Positions 36,601-49,580 are shown, counted from the whole stretch's first letter. The stretch: DNA of 58,545 bases, filler included, from Asterionella formosa (GCA_002256025.1; 9 parts of 9 records of this genome joined end to end with filler, not necessarily neighbours in it), one strand, 5' to 3'. Numbers and translations: made by a program. Notes: a model not told the origin generated them from the letters alone.

Positions 36601-38458
36601 TCGTTTACAGGCAAATGGTTTTACAATAAATCCATCTAAGTGTGAATGGGCAGTCCAAGAGACAGATTAGTTAGGCTATTGGTTAACTCGTAATGGACTG
36701 AAAATTTTTCTATAAAAAGGTCCAAGCATTGATTAATATGTCTTCACCTACCAATCTTAAACAAGTCAGATCATTTCTTGGTGCTGTTACGTACTATTGA
36801 GACATGTTTCCTAGACGATCTCATGTTCTTGTACCACTTACAGATTTAATTGGAACTAGTCCATTTGTCTGGTTACCTATACATCAACAAGCTTTTGAAT
36901 AAATGAAAGCATTGTTGGTTGCAGGTACACTCATGCGTTATCCTGATCAAAATCTTCCTTTTCATATCTTTACTGATGCCTCTGATTATCAATTAGGGTC
37001 GGTCATTATGCAAAATGATCTCCCAGTTGCTTATTATTCTCGCAAATTATCTGCTGCTCAAAAGAATTATACTACTATTGAAAAAGAATTACTTTCTGTG
37101 GTAGAAACTTTCAAAGAATTTCGCTCTATGTTATTGGGCGCAGTTCTACATGTTCACACTGATCATCGAAATCTTATTTATAATACATTACATACACAAC
37201 GTGTTCTACGATGGAGACTTTATATTGAAGAATATCATCCTACTTTTCACTATGTTAAAGGGACTGACAATGATATTGCAGATTCCATCTCTCGCCTCCC
37301 GAGGCTTGAGTCTTTGGTGGGGGATGATATTGGACCGAAATCTCCAGCATCAACATCCATTTCTACTTTTTCAGTTGAATTAGATGATGAACCTTTGCTT
37401 ACCTGTTTCCTTAATCATCCAATCTTGACAGACAGTATTCAATATCCTCTGGATTATAATTTAATACATGATAGACAATTGCTGGATATACAATTGATTC
37501 TCAATCATCAAACACATCCGTAAAAATTTTCCATCTATCAGGAATGCATTGTTATTACCATGGTCAGAAGTCGCAGTAGATTCAATTGGTCCATGGAAGA
37601 TAACAGTGGCTACTCAAGCAATTGAATTTCGTGCTCTAACTTGTATTGATAGGGTTACCAATTTGGCAGAAATATTTCATGTATCAATAACAAAACATCA
37701 GAATATATTGCAATGAAATTTGAAAATGATTGGTTAGCCAGATATCCCCGTCCAGAACATTGTAGACATGACAATGGAGGTGAATTTACTGGTGTTCCTT
37801 TCGTACACATGTTGGTGTTGAATGGAATTAAAGATGTGACTACTACAGTCAAGAATCCACAAGCAAATGCTATCTGTGAACGTTTACATCAATCTATCAG
37901 TAATAGTCTGCGAGTTATGTTAAAGGCTCATCCTCCAATGAATGAATTTCAAGCCCAAAATATTGTGGATACATGTTTTGCAACTGCATCATATGCAGCT
38001 CGAACTACTATTCATAATATATTACGTATTTCACCAGGCGTGATATGATATTAAATATTCCTTTGATTACAGATTTACAATTGATACAGCAACGTCGACA
38101 GGTTATAATCGACGAGCGCTTACGTCGCGTTAATTTCCGTCGTCGATCTTATGATTACAAAGTGGGTGATGAGATTTTAATAGTTTTGGATAATCCTACT
38201 ACTTTGGATGATCGTGGACGAAGTCCTTATACTATTATTCAAGTACATGCCAATGGTACAGTTACTTTTCAACGCACTATGCATATTACAGAACGAAGTA
38301 ATATTTGTCGTATCAAACGTTTTCACAGGTATAAGGTTTTCCCTTAAGTGTGGGAGAGTGAGCGATCCTGCACATTGATACAGATGCATGTAGGGTTAGG
38401 GTTAGATCAAATATATCAGAACTTAACTAACACCTGTTGCATACTTTGATGTCAACTT
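33656..38458 (+). mobile_element. Near full-length but inactivated Ty3/Gypsy element; 5' LTR 33656-about 33789, 3' LTR 38359-38458 (interrupted)
   Basis: Matching LTR starts TGAGCGATCCTGCAC; purine tract GGGAGAG; gag with CPVH...HTWGNC, protease LFDSGG, RT YIDDV, RNase H TDASDY, integrase HDNGGEF; order PR-RT-RH-IN; multiple stops and frameshifts. Confidence 0.96.
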
Positions 38459-39053
38459 CATCTAAGCCGCGAAATACGCCACTTTTCGAAATTTCGTCCA
38501 CGTATGAGTGTTAATTATGTGGTACTTCACATGCATTAATGCCACTCTTCACGTAAAAAAGATTACTTTTAACGGTTTCATGTGAAGTTTTAACTGCTTC
38601 ATGTGAAGTTTTCACAATGAATTTTGAACGCGAGACTGAATTAGTTGATGTTTCAAATAATTCATTTGACTTTTCGAAATTTCGTCTACGTACGAGTGTT
38701 AATTATGTGGTACTTCACATGCATTAATGCCACTCTTCATGTAAAAACGTTACTTTTAACGGTTTCATGTGAAGTTTTAACTGTTTCATGTGAAGTTTTC
38801 AAAATGGATTTTGAACGCGAGACTGAATTAGTTGATGTTTCAAATAATTCATTTGAAAGTTCAACTAAGATCCTGCTCTTGCTGAGGCTAATACATTCAC
38901 AACACGCATTTTACTTAATGAAATTTTAAGGATATTTGTGGTGTCTAATGTCATCCATCTGAGATCAAAGTTTTACGGTTGTACACATCACATGAAGAAC
39001 TCACACTTACCGGTAAAAAAGCTCCCTCTTCCCAGTTTTCATGTTATGTAGGT
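38459..39053 (+). mobile_element. Left arm of CATCTAAG-TIR DNA transposon inserted in the Gypsy 3' LTR; contains a tandem duplication of about 187 bp
   Basis: Starts catctaagccgcgaaatacg, near-identical to 49581 onward; units at about 38483-38669 and 38670-38855. Confidence 0.9.
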
Positions 39054-39318
39054 NNNNNNNNNNNNNNNNNNNNNNNNNNNNNNNNNNNNNNNNNNNNTTA
39101 ATTAATTAANNNNNNNNNNNNNNNNNNNNNNNNNNNNNNNNNNNNNNNNNNNNAAGCAACCCATTTTCATTAATACGTCGCTTTTTCACAATTTTTACGT
39201 TTTCCTCCCCGAGTTTGAACAGTGTTTCACCGTCACAACTGGAATTCAAATTAAAACAAAACTGAACTTCCGAGGACTATCAACTTGATATCGCCCTTTG
39301 CACATTGGAAAGAGCAGA

Positions 39319-41306
39319 ATGTTGAACACCATGCGTTTTTTCACGTTGCTGATGGCGTCAAGCCATATTGCTGAAGCGTTTGCTCCGCTCCAATTTGCTG
39401 TCGAGAGCAAAGTAGCGAGCCACGCCTTCAAGTGTCCGTGTCACAAGCGTTCGAATCTCTTTGCATCCATTTCCACGACAGAATCAACATCATCCTTTGC
39501 CTCTGAACCGGATCCACGTGATCACAGGCTCGAAATCGACATCCCAGAATCTCTCATGACACTTCCTCGACATTCACACGGCGGCGTCAACAAGATATTG
39601 CGAAAGACGGAAAGTGCGCTTCGCGGCCTTCATCGGCACTCCAAGCGACTTGACGATGAATATGGATTACCCAGCTCTGAGGCACGGCAGCTATCGGAAG
39701 AACGCGTGTACGCCAACGCATACGTTGATCTTGCCAAAATCGATATCATTGGTTTTGACTATGATTATACATTGGTGTCATACACGGATGAACTGCTTGA
39801 ACTCATCTATGACATGGCCTTGAACCGCCTTGTAACAGACCTTCAGTATCCCTTAGAAATGCTCAATGCTGGACTCAAGTTTGACCCCAGCTTCAGTATT
39901 CGTGGACTCGCTGTAGACAAGGAAACGGCGTGGATTTGTCACTTGTCGTACACGCATAAAGTCGCTGTGGCTTGGGAAGGACGTGAGAAAGTCCCAACAA
40001 CCAGGGTCTTCAGTGAATACCGTGGAAAGCGAGTTATGAATCCAGCAGAGCGCAAATCACGCATCAAGCCTTTGAACGACCTGTTTTCGATGGCGGAATG
40101 TTGCCTGATCGCTGATACTGTTCAGTTCTTTAAGGACAGTGGCATTGCTTTTTGTCCCCGGAATTGTGTTGCAGATATTCTTAGTACAATTGGGAGTACC
40201 CACATGTCTGGTGACTTTCATCGCATTGTCGCTGAGAATCCTCCAAAATACTTTCAACCTACTCCGTTTTTGAAAGAGGTCTTGAAGAATCTCAAGCGAG
40301 CCGGAAAGAGATTAATTTTTGTTTCCAACAGCCCATTTTGGTATGTGGACAAAGGCATGCGTTATGTAATTGGTGACAACTGGAGGGATTCCTGGTGAGT
40401 CATATCAAATTCATGGATGCAAACATTATTTTCCGAATCTAACAATATATTCCATCTCTCTCAATCTCTCAGGGATGCTGTCATTTGCAGTGCTGGAAAA
40501 CCTAATTTTTACACCGACACTGCTCGCCCTTTCCGCGAAGTCTGCCAGGATACAGGTCGCATCAAGTTTAACCAAGTTGGTAAGTCTTTGTAGTGTTGAA
40601 GACTTTTCTACTCTGATCAGGAGCTTGTCTTGCTTACCCAATATCTCCTTCCATAGTAAAATTCGAAAAAGGTGCTGTTTACAAGGAAGGTTGCATCAAG
40701 GAGCTCACTCGACTCATGGACTGGACACCATCAGCAGAGATTCCAACGCAGAAGAGACTTTTCGCTAGTGGCGGTGGCGACATCTTGGTCAGCTCAAACG
40801 TTTTGTACATTGGTGACTCGCTGTTTGCTGACCTTGTTGACGCCAAGCGTGAGTTTGGATGGACCACTGCTGCAGTGACCCCAGAAGTTGCATATGAGAC
40901 AGGCTTGCAGAGCCAGAGTGAGTTCATCGTTGTCCAGAGAACACTTGATTTGCTATTAACTTCCCTACGGTTAATGCAGGAGGAACTCGGTGCTGTTGCA
41001 AGAAGTGAAGAAGATACAAACACATTGGATGCACTGGAGAAGCTCGTATCCAAGTGGCGTGATCGTGAATCACAGGTTCTGGGCAACCCATTTGGTAGTG
41101 TGTTCCGAGCAAGGTATCAACCTTCGTTGTTTGCACACTCGCTCCGACGATACTGTGATCTTTACATGAGTTCTGTGAGCAGCTTACGCAACTACAGCCC
41201 TCAACATCGTTTTTACCCTGAGGACTCGCGGTTGCTTAGTCACGAAATGAGGGATACCCTTGAATGTTGGAATTTGGAAGACGTGCTCGCCTCAAATGAA
41301 TTGTGA
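39319..41306 (+). CDS. Plastid-targeted HAD-family 5'-nucleotidase (cN-II/NT5DC type); exons 39319-40394, 40473-40579, 40657-41306
   Basis: Signal + AEA-FAP; motif I GFDYDYTL, VSNS, AGKPNFY, YIGD..FADL, FGSVFR; two GT-AG introns restore the frame. Start could be 39331. Confidence 0.92.
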
Positions 41307-41649
41307 CAAGCCATTGGAAATAAGGTTTGAGGATTCTTCGCTTCTACAAAGTAAGACAGCAGTGATGCATTGAAGGCACTGTGCTGACAATGGTGCTCAC
41401 CACGAGGGGCTCCGTTTTTAGAATAATTCTACTCCATGTACTCCCTGAGGGAGTTTCATTCTCCGTTTATCCAGTTACTCAGAGTACTGAGTGTCACACG
41501 GCACTGGTAATTGTGGCACCTTCCTCATCTGTCACCACCTTTGGTCATAGGTTCACACAGTAACAAGATGTAAACTATTATCCACATCATCAAGCCTCCA
41601 AATGAATTCAAATAGTTTCAAAAATATATGTAATACATACAAATAACAA

Positions 41650-42480
41650 AAGACATGTGAGGGAATGGCTTAGTGGTAGCTTGTTGCCTTTGATCTGAGG
41701 TTGTGTGGTTTGACTTCCACACTCCCCTGCATGGTCTTGCCTGGTGTGCCAGAAATAGTGGGTTGCCCCACTACAAGCAGCTGAAGATCATGGTGTGCTG
41801 AAATGGTTATTTGGTGGGAAACTGGGACTGTTTGGTAGGTGAGTTTTTTTAAGAAGTTGGTGAGCACTGGATTGGTAGGAGATGAGGTGCAGATGACAAT
41901 AGTATGTGCAGAGATTGGCCCAGGCCTTCTACCTGTCGCCAAAGACAGATAAGGGAATTTCAATTGCTAATTCAGTTTGTGCAAGAGCAGTCAGTTGGGT
42001 CTGGATTGCTATGCGGTTCATCTTCTTGGAAGAATCTGAGAGCCAGCCACAGTGACTGGGGCATCCCTGTGAAACTGGTCATGCCTCAATGTCCAGTTGG
42101 GTTGGGCACTAGATATGTTGTCAAGATGAGAGGTGATGGTGCTACAGGTCCAGAGGTGTATGCGCCCTTTAACCACATGGTCGAGTAAGGATCAACCTCC
42201 AAGTAATAAAGTAGAGAAGCTGTTGAAGCTGATATAATGTTGTAGAGCAGTGATGGACATTGGAATAGGGGAGAGGCGATTTAGCTGCCAGTCAGGTTTG
42301 CTGGAGACAGAGAGGATTGAGGAGGAGCTATCATGAAAAAAGAGAGTAGTGAGAAAGGACTGGACTGTGCTTGAGATTTGCTCCGAGGTATAGTTGGTGG
42401 TGAGGGAGAGATTTGGGAAAGGGGGATACTGAAGAAGAGCCATGCCTGGACGAATGAATTGTCAGGAGGGGACAAAATAC
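41650..42480 (-). mobile_element. Highly decayed LINE-like remnant (RNase H end and C-terminal region)
   Basis: Fragments WLKG and QLDIEA resemble the RNase H WxKxH and LNxEAD motifs; many stops. Confidence 0.4.
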
Positions 42481-42483
42481 CAG

Positions 42484-42840
42484 TGTGAAAGTGAGCTCAT
42501 CTATGGTGTAGTTATGACTCACATTCAAACAAGTTGACTCCTGATGTACCATGGTCTCATCAACCACATGTTATTACTCCGACTATAATGAACTGGACAA
42601 TATAAGCAAAAAATTTCATGATCAAGAGTTGTAAACCTAGTATGATCAGTAAGAGTGAGATAGACATGGGTCTATCTATAAATGTATGTTCCTAGAAATG
42701 CAAACAGCATTGGGAGAATAGTTTGTTTTAATAATTCCAGTGAACAACCTAAACTAGTTTAGTAACTCACAATAAGAATATAGAAACAAATGTCTCTATT
42801 TATAGCCTTTTTTGTCTAACGATAGATCTATCTACCTACA
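42484..42840 (+). mobile_element. Solo LTR of the Copia family at 56028-57102
   Basis: TG...CA ends; homologous to the reverse complement of 56028-56430; flanks ACCAG and ACGAG (4/5 target-site duplication). Confidence 0.85.
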
Positions 42841-43301
42841 ACGAGAATATAACAAATTTGTTTCTTATATACATTCTGTTTGTACACATTCTCATATCGG
42901 TCTGTAGTGAATATATCAATACATATAGTCTACAGTACACAAATGTAGTTTATAAATATCGATTCTATTGGTCAAAGTCATCACCCAAAAGCCATCATGA
43001 CATATTGACACTCCCAAACGTGCAGATCATCATCACAATCAATCATCTCGTGATGACAATGACATTCCGATGTCACTCGCATACATAAGGCTACATAGGA
43101 CCATCAGATCGTCGTCACCCGTGGCTGTGGGTCATCATGCGGATTCGACAAGCATCATGACGAATCCAGTTTCTGACTCATAGTTCAGCCGAGTCAGGTT
43201 CGCCCACATTTTGATGCATAGATCAGCGACTTTCTTGGCCATTTTTCCTGGTAATACTGACAATCTGCACACAAAAAAGTGATTTCGAAGTAAAGCAGGA
43301 A

Positions 43302-44211
43302 ATGAACAACAGCATGAAGCTCTTGGTCCTTACTTACTTTCTTGGCGCTGCCCACGCGTTCGCTCCCGCAATTTCCCCGAAAGTTGTAACAGTTTGCCGA
43401 TTATCAACCGATGATATGAAGCAGAGCATCAAGCCGGACGAGCTGAACTTGGCCGTATCTGCGGAAGGTACGATTTGTATCTTTACCTCTCCACGTCAAG
43501 GCTATTTTTGTGTCATAGAAATATTTAACATTTCATTCCTCGCCTTGACTAGAGGAGCAACCCAACTTCAGTCCTAATTTGTATGGCTCAACAAGTGCCG
43601 CCATCCCCCTTATCAATGGATGGGCTCCTGATGCATCTCAGCCATGTTACGGACTTCCCGGTGCTATTGCACCTACTGGATACTTTGATCCTCTTGGGTT
43701 TTCTCGGACGGGTATTTCCCTTGTTGACGTGAAGCGATACCGCGAGGCAGAAGTGCAGCATGGACGTGTCGCAATGTTAGCCACTGTGGGATACCTCGCC
43801 GGGGAGACAGTGTCGGGTCCATTTCAAATCTCAGGACCAGCGAACGATCAACTCGCACAAATGCCAGGACCCGCTTTTGCAATTTTAACACTTTTTATCG
43901 CAGCAGTAGAACTGAAAAGAGCAACTACTGGTTGGGTAGAACCAAATCTCAATTCTTGGTCTCGTACTTTGTTTACACTTCGTGATTCATACTACCCAGG
44001 AGATCTCGGTTTTGACCCCCTCGGACTGAAACCAACAGACGCGAGAGAATTCGCAACAATGCAAACGAAAGAGCTTCAAAACGGCAGGCTTGCGATGCTG
44101 GGGGTGTTTGGTATGTGCAGTCAGGAGCTTGTTAATCACAAGACCATTTTTGCTACAATCGATTTTTACCAAAAAGTGTACTCTGGTATCAATCCATATG
44201 AAGTAGCATAA
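43302..44211 (+). CDS. Lhcx: Light-harvesting complex protein, Lhcx/LHCSR (LI818) type; exons 43302-43467 and 43553-44211
   Basis: Signal + AHA-FAP; FDPLGF, REAEVQHGRVAMLA, GWVEP, YYPGDLGFDPLGLKP, QTKELQNGRLAML; intron 43468-43552 in frame. Confidence 0.92.
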
Positions 44212-44416
44212 AATCACAAGTCTCAACACATGAAGTTATCGATTGTTCACTACTACTAGTATGATACCATTACCTGATTTGAATTAATTTATATTATGAA
44301 ATTCACACATGTAGGTGAGACAATATAGTAACTACGAAAGGTTTAGAACAGAAAATCAGTAAGGAGGAGCGACAAATAAAACGATAATTTGAAAACTATG
44401 GAGGGCACGAGCTAAT

Positions 44417-45529
44417 TTAAACAAAACGACTGCTACTTAGAAGGGCGTCAAGATCTCCTTCATCTTCGTCGGCTGTTCCAATTATTGCCGGAATCTTACC
44501 CCCGCCTGACGTAATCATGCCCCCAACATCCACCATGATATCTTCGACAGAAGGCCGCTTTGTTCGATCTTGGACTAGCATGGACTCAATCAATCCCACC
44601 AATTCAGCAGAATACCACTGCGCTATATCCCCATGTGGTGGAGGTTTGGGAATTTTCCCTAGAATCTTGAGCTGCGAACATTCGACAATCCTCAACGTAC
44701 CCGAATTACGAAATTCACATTCAAAGGGAGAGGCACCGTAGAGCATGGCAAAAAAAGTGCAACCCAAGGACCAAACATCAACAGCCGTCATGTCAATATC
44801 TCGGTCTCCGGCACGCACGTATCCTTCGAGTAATTCAGGTGGTCGGTAGGGGAGAGTAGTATGTTGGGAGGCAACTTCCACTAACGCCATAACGTCCTTG
44901 CGAGTCTGTAGAGACTTGGTCAAGGGTGACACGCTGCCAAAGTCCATCAATACCGGCGTGCAATTGTCTTGCAGTAAGATATTTTCCAATTTAATATCAC
45001 AGTGAGCATGTCCATGGGCATGCATGGCAGAAACGGCACTGAGGATTTGGTACATTAATTGTAATGCTAGAATTTCTGGGAACGGCTTTTTTGGAGGCTC
45101 TCGATGGAGGACGGTAGTATTTAATTTCGAACGTAAGCTCTGAGGAATGAATGGAAAGAGCAGGTAGCAAACCTTTTCTTCGCTGCACATACCTAACAAA
45201 GGCATGATATTTGGATGCTTTAGGGATCGATGTACTCCAGCTTCTCGCTGAGTCGCTTGAAAGGTTTCATGATCTCCAATATGGATTCGTTTGAGAGCGT
45301 ACTTCTTGTTGTTTACGGAGTCAAAAGCTTCGAAGATATAGCTAAACCCTCCTTCTGCGATTTTACGGCCCAGCCGGACAGATTTGCCCGTGTCCAGCGT
45401 AATGGTTTTCGACGCTGCTTCTCTCCACAAATTCTGAAGGAAGAGCAGTACACGGGAGAACAAGTTCAGAATACTGATTATTAGGTCATTCATTTTCTGC
45501 GACGGATACGCAGAATGGGATCTAGGCAT
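44417..45529 (-). CDS. STK16: Ser/Thr protein kinase, NAK family (STK16/MPSK1-like)
   Basis: AEGGFSYIF, YALKRI, HCDIKLEN, LMDFGS, TLPYRPPEL, DVWSLG; start uncertain (near contig end). Confidence 0.85.
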   Translation of the reverse strand: MPRSHSAYPSQKMNDLIISILNLFSRVLLFLQNLWREAASKTITLDTGKSVRLGRKIAEGGFSYIFEAFDSVNNKKYALKRIHIGDHETFQATQREAGVHRSLKHPNIMPLLGMCSEEKVCYLLFPFIPQSLRSKLNTTVLHREPPKKPFPEILALQLMYQILSAVSAMHAHGHAHCDIKLENILLQDNCTPVLMDFGSVSPLTKSLQTRKDVMALVEVASQHTTLPYRPPELLEGYVRAGDRDIDMTAVDVWSLGCTFFAMLYGASPFECEFRNSGTLRIVECSQLKILGKIPKPPPHGDIAQWYSAELVGLIESMLVQDRTKRPSVEDIMVDVGGMITSGGGKIPAIIGTADEDEGDLDALLSSSRFV

Positions 45530-46769
45530 ACAAGTTGGTGAACTCGAATGTGGAGGGTAATNNNNNNNNNNNNNNNNNNNNNNNNNNNNNNNNNNNNNNN
45601 NNNNNTTAATTAATTAANNNNNNNNNNNNNNNNNNNNNNNNNNNNNNNNNNNNNNNNNNNNTATCGCTTGATTCTCCACATCCATGATGATATTGAATTA
45701 GATTTTGGTCTTCGATCCCTTAACAGCTCGGCCCTTTCTTCTCCTCCTAGCTTTCTCCACTCATATCTTTCTATCAATTGTACCGGTACGCGAAAATGAG
45801 TTTACTGATCAAACATTCAATCTACAAATTTTTATGCTTGATTTTACTCCCACACACTGTGGAACTTAAAGTAACAATGTATTAGTGGTACGTATCTACG
45901 ACTTAGTTCCTTTTCTGGCCTTAAAAATCATAAAACCGCTGGTGCAAACAGTCCATCACCTTTACCAATGATCATACACTTACAGGAGCGAATATAATGC
46001 ATAGTAATGTATAGTTCGCATTACTTGTGACATTGATTTATGATATTCAGAATGAATAGCATTCTTTGCCATTCTTTGTATACCTGGTACCAGTTGAAAC
46101 AGACAAGTCAAACGAATCTTTTTTGTATCTTTAGAATCAGCCCGGTCATGACTTTTTGAGTCTAGACATAAACATTAACTCATACATGAATCAATCTTTA
46201 CTCATACATGAATCAATCTTTGAGTCTTGAGTCGATTTACTCATATACCGGTATATGACTTAGTTTTGTTTGTTTGTTTTACTAGAAACGTGTTCTGTTA
46301 TGTATGTGTTTGGAAACTGAATGACACCGGCATATATATCTAAATATAAATCAATCATGTTCGTGTACTGGCATTATTTAGAATTTTTAAGCGCAGGATT
46401 AAGAGGCTCCGTATTACCTACCGGGATGGTTGGTTTGCTTGAAACATGTTCTGTTATGTATGTGTTTTGATAATGAATGACGCTGGTATATATATATGCC
46501 GGTATATCAATTCTGTTCGCATACTGGCAATATTTAGTTAGTATTTTGAAGCGCGGCATCGGCACCGCCCTCATCAAGGCGTGAGATCAAGATGTGCCAT
46601 TCACTCACAAAAATACATATACCGGGTAGTACACCATTCACTATTGTTGAACCATCATGATGGTATGACATTCAAAACACATCGCAGCAAACAAAGGTAA
46701 TGCAATCATCACTCAGACACAAGGAAAATATTTCATTATTTTAGTCTGATCAGCAAACTTACTACTTAC

Positions 46770-47992
46770 ATGTGTTCAATCCTCGTTTTGTCCACTGCGA
46801 GACAGTTTTTGAGACTCAGGGACTGTTCTAGAAATCGGTTGGTAGGCATGTATCACTCCGTCAAACAATTCGTGGTGAATCACCCCTGGGAACGACTCAT
46901 TTTGTCAATCACCTATTTGAACTATAGAATCATATTTCCATGTAACATTTTTCTGTTTTGGATACTTTATTCCGTTTTAGTTTGGGTATATGCAGGCATT
47001 ATTTTTGCATTGGACGAGACGGAAGAAGATTCAATATACAATGCCTTCGAATTATCATGGACTAACAATGAGCACTGTGGGTTATGGTACTGTTGCGGTG
47101 CCCGTGGAATCGAGACACATGTTTTCCCGAATATTACTGGCGATCGAAGCCCTTGTTGGAATCCTATATGTTGGTTTATCTGGAGCCATGATCATCACAA
47201 AGGTAAGTTGTACTTATTCATCATTGTTCGGATGGAATTTGACCTGTCTGTGCGAGTTTCTTGTGACAATTGCATTCTAATAACTCATGGGAAGGTCTCA
47301 AGACGGCTTGCCACTGCTCATGTGAATTTCAGCACAATGATATGTGTAAAGTATGGTGACGACAAAGCTAAAGGTGATGGTAGATTTCCATGCATTGAGA
47401 TACGTATTGTAAAAAGTGATGTAAGTATCAACTCATGATTTTGGATGTGTTGTTGTGCCAACCCTTACTTATGCCAATTCGTTGTTTGCTTCCCTTGTCT
47501 AATTAATTGTAGCGCTCACATGACTTTCTTGGTGGAATTACAAATCCAAAAGTTACATGTGTTGTCACTACAAAGTCCTCTTTTTCTGACCAACCTGGTT
47601 CTGGCCTCAAACACAGAGAAGCCAAACTTGAAAACAACTGCCTTCCAAATCTTGCTCAAGGGGCGTGGCATGTCAGACATAGATTGCTTAATGGTTCACC
47701 TCTTTTGAAAAAGGAATACAGAGAAAATGGGGATTGGCCAACAGGATACAATTATGGCAAAGGGATTGAAGGTGCCCTAAGTTTTGAAAGTATCAATGTC
47801 ATATTTACAGGAAAATCGAACCTGACAGCCAAAACTTGTTTCAAAACATTCCAATACAAGGTAACTGATGTCAAGTATGGGGTGAGATTCAAGTACTTGG
47901 GATATGCGAGGAGTGATGATCCATCAAATGAGGAATATTTCATCATCAATTTTGAAGAATGGAATTCTACAGAATCTCAAAACAATCCCTGA
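46770..47992 (+). pseudogene. Inward-rectifier-like (Kir) potassium channel with a frameshift in the pore helix
   Basis: TM1, AFELSWT/TMSTVGYG filter, TM2 (EALVGILYVGLSGAMI), then VNFS...CIEIRI and NGSPL; candidate introns 47203-47294 and 47421-47512; one extra base at about 47064. Confidence 0.75.
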
Positions 47993-48077
47993 TGAGTATT
48001 AAATGAGAAGTACATGATATACATGTTTGTCAGAAGAAAAATTAACAGTGATGATAGTTGTCCACTGCCATGACCCA

Positions 48078-48430
48078 CATCTTAGCCGTGTATTACATGA
48101 AGTGACCATCACATAAATAAGCCTAGTTGATTTTGAATTGATGACATGAATTAGTTGAATACATCAAAATGCTTACTTTAATATATCTATATATTATCTG
48201 AATACATCACGTTAATTATTTGATCAGAGTATCATGCATGCATTCCTGATCATCACTATATTATGTGATCACCTTCACATAATTATTTGAAATACTTCAC
48301 GTAATTATTTGAAATACTTCACATAATTATTTGAAATACTTCACTTAATTCTGTAATTTAGTTCACATTGCCTTATAATTTTGTTCACGTAATTCTATAA
48401 TATTGTTCACGTAATTTATTAAATTTTTTT
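48078..48430 (-). mobile_element. Diverged right arm of CATCTAAG-TIR transposon
   Basis: Reverse complement of about 50125-50467; contains 22-bp tandem units ttcac.taattatttgaaatac. Confidence 0.88.
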
Positions 48431-49580
48431 ACGTAATTTAAAAGTACAATCAAATATGTTGATTTCTAATTCAACTGCCGGTATTTCACATAACATGGAA
48501 AACAAATCTCGATATGCAATCAAACAAAGCAGTTCTTTCAGAATGGCATCTTCAGTCTTGAGAAGGCAGGTATCATGAGATGTCTGTAAGGACAATGCAA
48601 GACAAACAGAAACCACTCATTCTGAATGAAAAAATTATTCATTCTTGAAAAGGCATCAAGGTGCGAAATCGCAACAGGAATGTATCACACTGGCTTCCTC
48701 CTTGTCCTTGACATGACTTCTTCATTGACCTGCAAAGATTTACAAAAGAAGAGTGTGTCAGTAATTCATTTAATAGAACTAGCAACAGCAGAAAGCAACA
48801 CACATGTGCTATTCAACTGTTTCACGGAGCAGTCAAATTGACAGCAGAACACCGGCAATAGCCAGCCACCAGGCAGCACCGCAACTCACTGATGCATTAA
48901 AAAAGATGGCTCCTGTTGTGAAATGGACGGCTAAAATGTAAAATATATGTAGAGAACAATAAAAGAACCATGTGATTTCTCGCTCGCTTTGCTGATACAA
49001 TTATAAAAACTGAAGATTAAGCTCACCTTGAAGGCCTCCATTGCGGGTCTCCATATTGTGTCATTTCATCTCCTATCACTTCTACTTTCCAAAGAACACT
49101 GCTTTTCTGAAAAGGCCTGTTCAAATGTCAAATGAATGTTGAAAACAAAAGCATGACATATCATGAGTTATCCCTCGCTTGGTGACATAATAGCAAAAAT
49201 AGCAAGCAAATAAATCTTACCTTAAAAGCATCGATTGCTTACAATCTCAATGTTGTTTCATTCCACCTTCTATTGTTTCAACAAACAATATGTGAGTTCT
49301 TGGCTGATGTAGGATTTGTTAATGTTGAGGCGCTGAAAAGAAGCTAGACGGGGATGCTGCTTTAAAGGGTCGTCCCCATGTTGAAAACATACATTGTGCA
49401 CAGTGGTGGTTAAAGGTTTTTTTATGAATTTAGAGGGTCAAAATTCCTGGCGCAGCCATGACTTCATCTTTGTACCAACAGAACCTACAATCTACGTGAA
49501 AAAACCTGGCGCAGTCTTACTTCGTCAGGAAAAATTTTGATGCTACAAGTGTGACCTTAAACAAATATCGGTATGACAAG

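Noticed and set aside
27015..45484. Many antisense or alternate-frame ORFs over real genes and TEs (e.g. 27015-27386, 31828-32220, 40679-41086)
   Set aside because: Shadow ORFs without motifs.
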